From Ilumatobacteraceae bacterium (GTDB lineage: Bacteria; Actinomycetota; Acidimicrobiia; Acidimicrobiales; Ilumatobacteraceae), in assembly GCA_031416375.1 (NCBI GenBank), contig JANOTN010000098.1, positions 1 through 53,287 of the forward strand: 53,287 bases of DNA, read 5' to 3'. The notes beneath the pieces were generated by a model. It was not told where the DNA came from. It did no database searches and saw only the letters and a list, made by a program, of their open reading frames with translations. The position numbers and the translations under genes were made by a program. This document shows positions 20,870 to 28,971 of this stretch, piece after piece; position 1 is the first letter of the stretch; every line of letters starts with the position of its first letter.

Positions 20870-21054
20870 CGCGACTCCCTCCGTAGACCACTCGACTCAT
20901 AGTGTGCTCTGGTGCGTGCGCTTATGATGGGGTCGAATGGGTCCTGGCGACTGAGATTTTCGCGATGCGGTTATCTGGAAAACAGATGATCAACGACTGA
21001 CTAACACCAGAAGTGTTAGCGGATCAGGATTGCGGAGCCGCAATCAGCTGACGG

Positions 21055-21279
21055 TTAGTTGAAGCCGGGGGTGCCCATGTCGACCTCGGAACCGAGGTGT
21101 AAGTGGGTTGCCCGGCCAGCCTCGTCGAGGTCGAACACGACTCGCTGCCCCTGTCGGAGCATGCGAAAGATCGATCCTTTGAGGGCGTCAGCTGCCATAT
21201 CGTAATCGGCCAGATCGGTGTCGCACATGATGACGCCGAATCCCGATGCCGGGTCGTAGGCCTTGACAACGCCTTGCAT
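21055..21279 (-). CDS. Divergent cold-shock-domain-like small protein
   Basis: MQGVVKAYD...GFGVI...FRMLRQGQRVVFD OB-fold pattern; ATG overlaps the rpmB stop (TGATG). Confidence 0.7.
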   Translation of the reverse strand: MQGVVKAYDPASGFGVIMCDTDLADYDMAADALKGSIFRMLRQGQRVVFDLDEAGRATHLHLGSEVDMGTPGFN

Positions 21280-21470
21280 CAGCCGGCCTTGACTACCTTG
21301 CCGGACTTAATGCAACCGGTGCACACGTCGATCCGCTTGGGCGCGCCCTTGACGAGCGCACGGATTCGCTGAATGTTCGGGTTCCACCGACGCTTGGTGC
21401 GTCGATGAGAGTGAGACACCGACATACCCCACGAGGGGCTCTTGCCACATATTGAACAAACCGATGCCAT
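21279..21470 (-). CDS. rpmB: 50S ribosomal protein L28 (zinc-binding C+ form)
   Basis: CSICGK...[17 protein letters not shown]...[11 protein letters not shown]. Confidence 0.97.
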   Translation of the reverse strand: MASVCSICGKSPSWGMSVSHSHRRTKRRWNPNIQRIRALVKGAPKRIDVCTGCIKSGKVVKAG

Positions 21471-21629
21471 CGAACTTCTCCTGCGAACGCTTCTGACGCC
21501 TTATCTGACGCGGATGTAGTGGGACGACAGAAGTCTGTCCACACGGCCACCAAAGGCTAGCACCCGTTTATCAATCTGCCTCCTGACCGGGGGCGCGAAC
21601 CTATCGGCGCGGTACGCGGCGATGCGCCC

Positions 21630-22550
21630 TCAGGTGTGGAGGGGTTGCATCGTCTGGCCGGTCTGTTTGTCTTGTTGTCTGGCTTTGAGGCGTTGGCGTT
21701 CGGGTGGGGTGGTGGAGTGGTGTTGGCCGTCGGGTTGCCAGATTGTGATTGTTCGGTCTGGTCCGATGGTGAGGGTCCATCCGCCTTCGTGGATGTTGTG
21801 GTGGTGTGTCGGGCAGATTGGTGCCATGTCGGCGAGGTTGGTTTGGCCGCCGTGTTTCCATGGTGTGATGTGATGAATTTCGCATTTGTCGAAGGGGGTG
21901 TCGCAGCCGTCGAAGGCGCACGTTCGGTGGACTGCTCGTAACGCTCGGCGTTGATCGGTGTTGGCGAACCGTTGTGCTCGTCCGAGGTCGAGTGGGACGC
22001 TGTCACCGCCGAGCACGATCGGGATGATGTCGGCGTTGCATGCCAGGCGTCGTGCCATTTCGACCGGGATCTGGGTTCCGTCACCGAACTCGCAGATCGA
22101 GTGCTCGTGTAAGCCGTTGGTAATCGTGTCGTAGTCGATGTGAACGACGATCTCGGTGGCTGCCGGTCGGACTGTTTGGTGTCCACCAGCAACCAAACGA
22201 CCGAGTGCGTGGGCAGCCAGGTGGTTGCGGTCGATTTGGCGGTCGTCGGTGTCACCGCGCTTGGTGATCATCGCAGCGATCTCTGCGTTGATCCGGTACA
22301 TCCCGGTGCGCGGGCAGATCGAACGTCGCACGGTGGTGTCACGGCGTTGTCGTTCGGATCGTTCGATGCCTTGATCTTTGGCGATCTGGTCTTTCAACTG
22401 TAGGCTATGGCGGGCGAACTCTTCTGGTGTCGAATGTGTTGCTTGATCCAACAACGAGGCTTCATGCTCCAAGAACAGTTGCTTCGTGGCGTCATCGACA
22501 CTACTTGCGCAGATGCCGCTGACACGGAGAGAGTTGCCCTCGCCGATCAC
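21630..22550 (-). pseudogene. 5'-truncated DUF222 + HNH endonuclease (13E12-repeat-like) element
   Basis: ARRLAC.A...PLDLGRAQRFA...QRRAL...CAFDGC...CEIHHITPW..GGQTNLADMAPICPTHH; N-terminal region of the family missing; strong G/T skew on the + strand. Confidence 0.8.
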
Positions 22551-22778
22551 CGGACGTTCTAGCTATCAATGCACCGACAAGAGCGTCCGGTCGCATCCCG
22601 CCGCAACCGAACGCCGAGTTCCGCACGCTCGGCATGTCGGAGCGGCCACTCGCGGAACTTCTCGTGTCCACAACCGATGAGGTGGGAGGGTGCGCAACCG
22701 AGCGCTGTGAAGTGCTCCGGTGAACCTTAAGTCGAAAACCTGAAGGCCCTGCCGATCAACATTGCAGAGCAGTTGACG

Positions 22779-23219
22779 TCAGTGGACCGGACCCAGGCCG
22801 TACGACGACTGCGGGACGCCGCGGCCCAGCGAGAAATGCGTGTGCGTACCCAACCAGACTGCGTTGACGGTGTCCCGACGCAGCACCACCGTGGCCCGGC
22901 CAGGGCGTGGGAAACGCGAGCCGCCCTCGGCAATGCCCACCGAGTCCCAGCCGACGATGGCCACGGCCATCAATCGGTCGGGCGAGACGAGTACTTCCAT
23001 GTCGTTGGTGAGGAATCGGAAGGCGTCGATCTTCGGCCACACCTGCGACCACTGCTCGTCGTGCAGCCGATCCAGGCCCACCACCACGTCGGCGAACGTC
23101 CCAAACGCGACCACGTCGGCGATGAACCGGCGACGGCCTGCGGTGAGATCTACCAATGCGACTTCGGCACCCCAGTCGTCGACCCACACCCTTACCGACT
23201 GCTCGTCGACGGTGCTCAT
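22779..23219 (-). CDS. SnoaL/NTF2-like protein
   Basis: About 146 aa; W...F..DVVAFGT...GLD.L...QW..VWP...GRATVVL...W...HTHFSL pattern; starts 7 nt after the Rieske stop. Confidence 0.65.
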   Translation of the reverse strand: MSTVDEQSVRVWVDDWGAEVALVDLTAGRRRFIADVVAFGTFADVVVGLDRLHDEQWSQVWPKIDAFRFLTNDMEVLVSPDRLMAVAIVGWDSVGIAEGGSRFPRPGRATVVLRRDTVNAVWLGTHTHFSLGRGVPQSSYGLGPVH

Positions 23220-23226
23220 CGGTGGC

Positions 23227-23577
23227 TCACCCGACCGACGCAGGATTGGCAGCGAAGCACACCAACACGTTGTCGCCGTCGACGCGCACGGCATGTGTGG
23301 GTTGGCAGGTCTCCTTCACTGCTTCCCAGCCGGTCTCGAGCGCGAACGCCCACTGGTGCCCGGGGCACACCAGCTTGTCGTTCAAGATGACACCCTTGGA
23401 GAGCTCGCGCTCGCGATGGACACAGATGTTGTCGAACGCGAAGAACCGGCCGTCGTGCGCCAGCACGAGGATTTGACGCTCATCGAACTCGACCACGACC
23501 TTCTTCTGCTTCGTGAGATCCGCAGCCTTGCCGACCAAGCGCCAGTCGAGCTCCCCGGAGAGAACGTCGTGGGTCAT
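23227..23577 (-). CDS. Rieske [2Fe-2S] ferredoxin
   Basis: CVH...CPGH Rieske motifs; about 116 aa; ATGA overlap with the upstream ferredoxin. Confidence 0.92.
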   Translation of the reverse strand: MTHDVLSGELDWRLVGKAADLTKQKKVVVEFDERQILVLAHDGRFFAFDNICVHRERELSKGVILNDKLVCPGHQWAFALETGWEAVKETCQPTHAVRVDGDNVLVCFAANPASVG

Positions 23578-23936
23578 CCGTCGTCGTCCTTCGCGAGCCA
23601 TATCTGGCGCAACTTGTCGTACACCTTACTGCTGGCATCGAGCCCCACCTGGTCGGGCTCCCAGGCCACCGTGACGTCGCCGTCCACGTAGGTCTGGCAG
23701 GCCAACCGATAGCCCTGGTCGTACAACTCGGCGAGGCGTTCACGTTCGCGCCGGCGGGGCGGGATGCAGTTGTCTGCACCGGCCTCCACCCGAACGCGAT
23801 CGGTACCGCAGTTGCCGCTGGCGCACTTGAACGGGATGCCACAGTCGTTGCGAATGGCAACGCGCAGCAGGTTGACCTCGTCACCTTCGGCGAAGGTGAC
23901 TTCCCGGTTGCTCGTCGCGAAACGAATCGTGGGCAT
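23574..23936 (-). CDS. [2Fe-2S] ferredoxin (Fer2 fold) with atypical C-x4-C-x2-D motif
   Basis: MPTIRF...NLLRVA...GIPFKCASGNCGTD...RLACQ. Confidence 0.85.
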   Translation of the reverse strand: MPTIRFATSNREVTFAEGDEVNLLRVAIRNDCGIPFKCASGNCGTDRVRVEAGADNCIPPRRRERERLAELYDQGYRLACQTYVDGDVTVAWEPDQVGLDASSKVYDKLRQIWLAKDDDG

Positions 23937-23943
23937 TTGGTGC

Positions 23944-24678
23944 TCAGGCGAGGGCCGGCGCAGGGTTCGCAACAGGCGCCTCTGGCATCACGTAGGTGTC
24001 GTAGAGCGCCTTGGTATAGGAAAATCGGGCCTCGGCACCGTGGCGCACGAGCTGCAGGCAACGTGTCTGCAACTCGGGCGTGATGGCATGCTCGAGCACG
24101 ATCTGATAGCCGCGCTCGCCGTGGATCTCGTCGGAAGTGATGTGCAGGTCGAAGAACTCGGCCTCCTCCTCGGTGAAGCCGTACTTCTCGATGAGCACGG
24201 GGTACTGACGGCGGTAGATGGAGGGCACCTGCGACTCGAGGCCCACGACCAGCGCAGCGGTGGCGACCGCGAAGTACTCGCGCATCGAGATGGCGTAGCA
24301 CCAGCCCTGCAGGCCGCGGGTGACCGCCGTTGCGTTGTCAATGTCCATTACTCGCTCACGAGTGGTGCCGCACGCCTCGGCGAAGCGAATGAGCAGGTCG
24401 GTGTGGCGCACGTCCGACAGTTCTTCCTCGTACATGTTCTGCAGCAGGAAGTCCTTGGCATCGGTGGCGTAGTCGGGCGTGTTCGAGTAGATGTAGCCCA
24501 GGTAGTCGGCGAACGGGCCGACGTAGTGGTAGTGGTTCTCCGCCCAGCGGGCCAAGTGCTCACGGCTGAGTTCGCCGTTCGCCCAGGCCTGTGAGAAGGA
24601 GGCGTTCTTCGCCTCGCGACCCTTGATCGCGTCTTCAAGTGCTTCGCGGAATGCGGGCTTGGACAGCAGCTCAGCCAT
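23944..24678 (-). CDS. Heme-oxygenase-like dimetal oxidase/oxygenase (CADD/PqqC/TenA fold)
   Basis: W.NGEL, NMYEEELSDVRH, GLESQVP, FFDLHITSDEIH give E85, H92, E148, H179, D183, H186. AAAGGT SD precedes ATG 24678; alternative in-frame ATG at 24717. Confidence 0.85.
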   Translation of the reverse strand: MAELLSKPAFREALEDAIKGREAKNASFSQAWANGELSREHLARWAENHYHYVGPFADYLGYIYSNTPDYATDAKDFLLQNMYEEELSDVRHTDLLIRFAEACGTTRERVMDIDNATAVTRGLQGWCYAISMREYFAVATAALVVGLESQVPSIYRRQYPVLIEKYGFTEEEAEFFDLHITSDEIHGERGYQIVLEHAITPELQTRCLQLVRHGAEARFSYTKALYDTYVMPEAPVANPAPALA

Positions 24679-24719
24679 TTCGAGTACCTTTCTGGAGGAG
24701 GCCGCGCTCGCGGCCATTT

Positions 24720-24733
24720 TGTATATTGTATAC
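24720..24733 (+). promoter_or_regulatory. Putative GntR operator 1 (TGTATATTGTATAC), overlapping the -10 of the oxygenase operon
   Basis: Matches three other copies. Minus-strand promoter: TTGCGT (24747-24752) - N16 - TACAAT (24725-24730). Confidence 0.75.
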
Positions 24734-24823
24734 TTATCTGATGATCACGCAAGCCGAAATGCATCAAACTTCTCGACCTTGTCTGCGGGCTCCACGATGA
24801 AGCCCTCGCACGAGGTCACGGTG

Positions 24824-26266
24824 ATGGCCGACCAGTGCTCGGCGTTCGGCCGCGACGGTGTGGTCTGTGCCGCAGCACCGCTGGCTGCTCAGGCCGGTGC
24901 CGCTGCACTGCGAAACGGTGGCAACGCCTACGACGCGGTGATCGCTGCGGCGCTGGCCGAGACCGTGCTGCTGCCGCCCAAATGTGGTTTCGGCGGCGAC
25001 CTCATCGCCATCCGGCTGGCCGCCGGCGCAGCTGCACCTGATGCGCTGCTCGCCATTGGTGGGGCCCCGTCGGGTCTCGCCGCCGTCGCACGCGCGGGCA
25101 CCTGGCGCGACGTCGGGCCGATGTCGGTCGGTCCGCCGGCGGCCGCCCATGGTTACGCCGCACTCGCCTCTCTCGGCCGCCTCGGGCGTGCTCGCCTGGC
25201 GGCCCCCGCCATCGACCTGGCCGTCAACGGCTTCGCCTGGGCCGCCGTGTGCACCCGGCTGGCCGAGCAGGCGGCTTCGCTCGTGCACGAGATGAATCCT
25301 GACGGGTGCGAGTACTACCCCGATGGCGAGCCCATCGCCCCCGGCACGCTTACTCGGCTACCCAGGCTCGCAGCCTTGCTGCATGAGTTCGTGGAGCTCG
25401 GTGCTGGGTTGATGGATGGTGCGGTAGGTCGTGCCGTCGTGGCCGCTGTCCGCTCTCGCGGGGGCGTGCTGAGCGAGCCCGACTTCGCGCACGCCCGCGC
25501 CGAGTGGGCACCGTGCGTCAGCGGTCACTTGGCCACCCCCGCCGGCGATGTCTCGACATGGGCCACACCAGCCCCCACCCACGGGCCGTCCCTGCTCGAT
25601 GCGGTGAGCGGCCTCGGTGCCACCGACCTCACGCAGTCCGCGCTGATGCGCGAGGTGCTGCGTGCCATCAGCGCCCGTCGGTCCAACCTCTCTGATCCCA
25701 GTGGCACGTCCATGGTCAGTGCAGCTGATGCCGACGGCAACGTGGTGGTGCTGGTCCACTCGAACTCGTTCCCGCGATTCGGCAGCGGCATCGTCGTACC
25801 CGAGTACTCGCTCACGCTCGCTAATCGGGCCGGCCGTGGCTTCACGCCTGAGGTGGGCCATCCCAACTTCCCCGTTGCCGGCCGCCGACCCGCTACCACG
25901 CTGCACGCGTGGGCCGTTGCCGATCTGGACGGGTCCCCGCGCTTCGTCGGGGCCACACCGGGCGGCACCAACCAGATGCCTTGGAACGCGCAGACCATCG
26001 CCCGCATCGCACAGGGTGTCACCCGCCCCGGCATCCTGGTCGCCTCTCCGATTTGGGAATTGCTGCCCGACGACGACGGGCTGCGCATCGAGGGCGGGTT
26101 CGCGGCCGCTGACGTCGATGCGCTGCGATCGCTGGCCGTTCGCACCGTCGATGCACCGCGGTGGGGCTGCAAGTCAGCCCAACAGGTCGTGCGCGTGCCC
26201 CGCGGTGAGGAACCGTGGGTCGCAGCCGCGGATCCGCGCACGGTAGGGCTCGCCCTGGGTGTGTGA
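24824..26266 (+). CDS. Gamma-glutamyltransferase family Ntn-hydrolase (cytoplasmic, compact)
   Basis: GGNAYDA, CGFGGD, G|TSMVSAADADGN (Thr nucleophile), FGSG, NRAG, RRP.TTL, TPGG, AADPR; GAGGT SD before ATG 24824. Confidence 0.85.
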   Translation: MADQCSAFGRDGVVCAAAPLAAQAGAAALRNGGNAYDAVIAAALAETVLLPPKCGFGGDLIAIRLAAGAAAPDALLAIGGAPSGLAAVARAGTWRDVGPMSVGPPAAAHGYAALASLGRLGRARLAAPAIDLAVNGFAWAAVCTRLAEQAASLVHEMNPDGCEYYPDGEPIAPGTLTRLPRLAALLHEFVELGAGLMDGAVGRAVVAAVRSRGGVLSEPDFAHARAEWAPCVSGHLATPAGDVSTWATPAPTHGPSLLDAVSGLGATDLTQSALMREVLRAISARRSNLSDPSGTSMVSAADADGNVVVLVHSNSFPRFGSGIVVPEYSLTLANRAGRGFTPEVGHPNFPVAGRRPATTLHAWAVADLDGSPRFVGATPGGTNQMPWNAQTIARIAQGVTRPGILVASPIWELLPDDDGLRIEGGFAAADVDALRSLAVRTVDAPRWGCKSAQQVVRVPRGEEPWVAAADPRTVGLALGV

Positions 26267-26273
26267 GGGCGCT

Positions 26274-27437
26274 TCAGCCGGCGGGCAGCGTCACCGGTCG
26301 TCGCTCGCGGCAGATCCAGATCAGAGCGAGCGGAGCGAGTGTGGCCACCGCCAGCGTGGGCCGCAGGCCGAAGGCCTCGCCGGCAACACCGATGATTGTG
26401 CTGGCGGCTGCGCCTAACGCGATCTGCACTGAGCGGTAGGCGCCGAGCGCCATCCCGTCGTTGCCGAACTGCTCGACGGCGAGCACGTTGGCCACCGGCC
26501 CCAGCGAACTGACCATGCCGGTGAACAACGCGGCGAGCGCGTAGGTGAACATCGACCCCGGCAGCAGCACCCAGGCGACCCCGGTGAGCGTGAGCAGCAA
26601 GCCGGTCCGTCGGGCACTGGTCTTCGCTCCTACTCGGTCCGCGCTGGCCCCACCGATCACCTTCGCGACGATGGAGATGATGCGCCCGGCGATGAGGACA
26701 GTGGCCGCGCTCGTCGCGCTGAGCCCCCACTGCAACACGGCGAAGGTGGTGAGGAATGGGATCGCGCCGTACTGGCACACTGCCAGCACGGTGCCAACCG
26801 CGGTGGGTAATGCCATCACCGTGCGGATGGAGAACGGAGAGTGGCTGCCACGGACGGGCTTTGTCCGGGCGTGCCCGGCGCCGCCGATGGTGGCCGCAAC
26901 GCCCAGGCCGGCCGCGATCCAGAAGGCGGTCCGCCAATCGTGGCTGGAGCCGACGGCCCCGAGCACGGCGGCGAGCGTGAGGCCTCCGCTGAACGCCACG
27001 CCGTAGATCCCCATCGCGAAGCCCTTTCGCGCCGGTCCAGCGAGTGTGGCGACGGCCTGCAGACCGGCTGGGAAGAACAGCCCGGCGCTCGCTCCGAGCA
27101 CGCCCTGCCCGATGATGAGTTGGCCGAAGGAGTGTGTGGTCGCCGTGGTGACGCTGCCGACCACGCCAACCGCGGCGGCAGCGCGGATGAGCACGGAGGG
27201 ACTCACCCGTCGCAATAGCAGGCCGCCGACCAGGTTGAACGCGGCGATCGAGATGGTGAGTAGACCGAACACGATGCCAGCCTGGCCGACGCCGAGGCCC
27301 AACTCTTCCGAGGCTGTGGGATAGAGCGGCGAGAGCAGTTGTTCGCCGGTGGTCGCGACCAGATAGGCGAGGCAGACCAGCGTGAACGACCCCCATCGGA
27401 GATGCGCAACAAGTTGGGGGTGCCCGGCGTCTGTCAT
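26274..27437 (-). CDS. MFS transporter
   Basis: About 12 TM; GGASADRVGAK motif; start at ATG 27437 (TATTGT 7 nt upstream). Confidence 0.85.
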   Translation of the reverse strand: MTDAGHPQLVAHLRWGSFTLVCLAYLVATTGEQLLSPLYPTASEELGLGVGQAGIVFGLLTISIAAFNLVGGLLLRRVSPSVLIRAAAAVGVVGSVTTATTHSFGQLIIGQGVLGASAGLFFPAGLQAVATLAGPARKGFAMGIYGVAFSGGLTLAAVLGAVGSSHDWRTAFWIAAGLGVAATIGGAGHARTKPVRGSHSPFSIRTVMALPTAVGTVLAVCQYGAIPFLTTFAVLQWGLSATSAATVLIAGRIISIVAKVIGGASADRVGAKTSARRTGLLLTLTGVAWVLLPGSMFTYALAALFTGMVSSLGPVANVLAVEQFGNDGMALGAYRSVQIALGAAASTIIGVAGEAFGLRPTLAVATLAPLALIWICRERRPVTLPAG

Positions 27438-27440
27438 CTC

Positions 27441-27454
27441 GGATACAATATGCA
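27441..27454 (-). promoter_or_regulatory. Putative GntR operator 2 (TGCATATTGTATCC), between the MFS and OCD genes
   Basis: Plus strand reads GGATACAATATGCA; contains the MFS -10. Confidence 0.75.
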
Positions 27455-27495
27455 ATCTTGGGCTCAAGACGTAACGACCGAACGCAAGCATCGGC

Positions 27496-28494
27496 ATGAT
27501 CCATCTCGACGATCACACGGTCGAGCAGTTGCTCGACCTCGTAGGAGTCACCGAGGTGGTCGGTGCGGCGTTCGCGGCGTGGGGCCGTGGTGAGGCGGCT
27601 ACGACTCAACGAGTCAGGGCGTCCGTGCCCGGCGCGATGGCGAGCGCGATGGCAGCGGTGGTTCCTCCGTTCACCGGCGGGAAGATCTACGCCACCAAGG
27701 ACGGGGAGTTCACGTTCCTCAACATCCTGTTCGACACCGACGGTCGGCTGTTGTGCACTCTCGACGGCGATGCGCTCACCGCCTTCCGCACGCCGGCCGC
27801 CTGCGCCCTCGCGATCCGCGAGCTGTCGACGGTCGCCGGCTCATCGCCCACGACGACACCCGGCACGACCGCTGCACTCGTGGGCGCCGGCCGCCAGGGT
27901 TGGCACCACCTCGAGATGCTCGCCATCGAACTGCCAGGCCTGCACGAGGTGCGAATTGCAGATATCAATCCGCACGCCGTTGCCACGATGGTGGCTCGCG
28001 CGAACGATGCGGGGATTCCGGCGGTCGCCGCGGACGACGCGGCATCTGCCGCCGATGGCGCGCAGGTGATCGTCACGGTCACGCAGAGCACTGCCCCACT
28101 CTTCCCATCGTCGGCTGTCGGCGACGATGCGCTCATCTGCGCAGTCGGTGCCACCAAGTATGACCGCTGCGAGATCGGGCCAGAGCTCATCGCCCGGTGT
28201 GCCTCTGTGGTGTGCGACGACGTTGTGGGCAGCCGCGTCGAGTGCGGCGACCTTATTCAGGCACACGCGGCCGGTGCGTTCGACTGGGATCGAGCCATCG
28301 AACTGCATGCACTGCTGGCCCGTGCAGTCCAGGTGCCGCGGGCCGGTGCCGCTCCTGTCCTGTTCGAGACGCAGGGGGTGGCGCTTCAAGACGTTGCAAC
28401 TGCTGGCCTCGCATGGCAGCGTTATCAGTCGCTCTCGACGTTCCCAGATTCAGGCAATCGGGCACCAATCAACCACCAGGAGACAACACCGTGA
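27496..28494 (+). CDS. Ornithine cyclodeaminase/mu-crystallin family (imine reductase-like)
   Basis: LTAFRT.A, VGAGRQG Rossmann motif, AVGA, E.GDL, FETQGVALQDVA. Confidence 0.9.
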   Translation: MIHLDDHTVEQLLDLVGVTEVVGAAFAAWGRGEAATTQRVRASVPGAMASAMAAVVPPFTGGKIYATKDGEFTFLNILFDTDGRLLCTLDGDALTAFRTPAACALAIRELSTVAGSSPTTTPGTTAALVGAGRQGWHHLEMLAIELPGLHEVRIADINPHAVATMVARANDAGIPAVAADDAASAADGAQVIVTVTQSTAPLFPSSAVGDDALICAVGATKYDRCEIGPELIARCASVVCDDVVGSRVECGDLIQAHAAGAFDWDRAIELHALLARAVQVPRAGAAPVLFETQGVALQDVATAGLAWQRYQSLSTFPDSGNRAPINHQETTP

Positions 28495-28970
28495 TCCAGA
28501 TCAACCGACTCAGCATGGCCGAGGCCGAATTGGCCGTCGATGCCGCGCTGGCCAAAGCGAAGGAACTCAACATCGGTTCCGTCATCTGCGTGAGCGATGC
28601 GGGCGGCTGGCCGCTCGTCATCAAGCGTCCCGACAACGGCAAACCCACCAGTGTCGAGATCGCCATCAACAAGGCGTTCACCGCGGCGTGCCACAGGCGC
28701 CCCACACACACGTACACCAACGCTCAGCCCGGGCAGGAGGCGTTCGGGATCATGAACATGCACGGTGGCCGCTTCTCCATCTTCGTCGGTGGCTGGCCCA
28801 TCGAGGTCGACGGCGAGGTCGTGGGTGGCATCGGTGTGTCGGGTGGTCACACCAGGGAGGACATCGCCTGCTGCAGGGCCGGCATCACCGCCCTTCTCGA
28901 GCACCTCGGTAAGCCGGTCGACTTCTCGAAGTGGGACACCTGGCAGCCGCCGACGCCGACGGTCGACTGA
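28491..28970 (+). CDS. GlcG/HbpS family heme-binding protein
   Basis: SD AGGAG; V.D.GG, IAINKAFTAA, GGWPI..DGEVVGGIGVSGG...D. Confidence 0.9.
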   Translation: MIQINRLSMAEAELAVDAALAKAKELNIGSVICVSDAGGWPLVIKRPDNGKPTSVEIAINKAFTAACHRRPTHTYTNAQPGQEAFGIMNMHGGRFSIFVGGWPIEVDGEVVGGIGVSGGHTREDIACCRAGITALLEHLGKPVDFSKWDTWQPPTPTVD

Positions 28971-28971
28971 G

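Noticed and set aside
23944-24678. Calling this gene PqqC, TenA thiaminase or CADD pABA synthase
   Set aside because: No pqq, thiamine or folate genes nearby; it has a full dimetal ligand set, and the CADD donor Tyr/Lys positions appear substituted
25525-27609. 694-aa Arg-rich minus-strand ORF
   Set aside because: Alternative frame over the MFS and antisense to the GGT; low-complexity, no motifs
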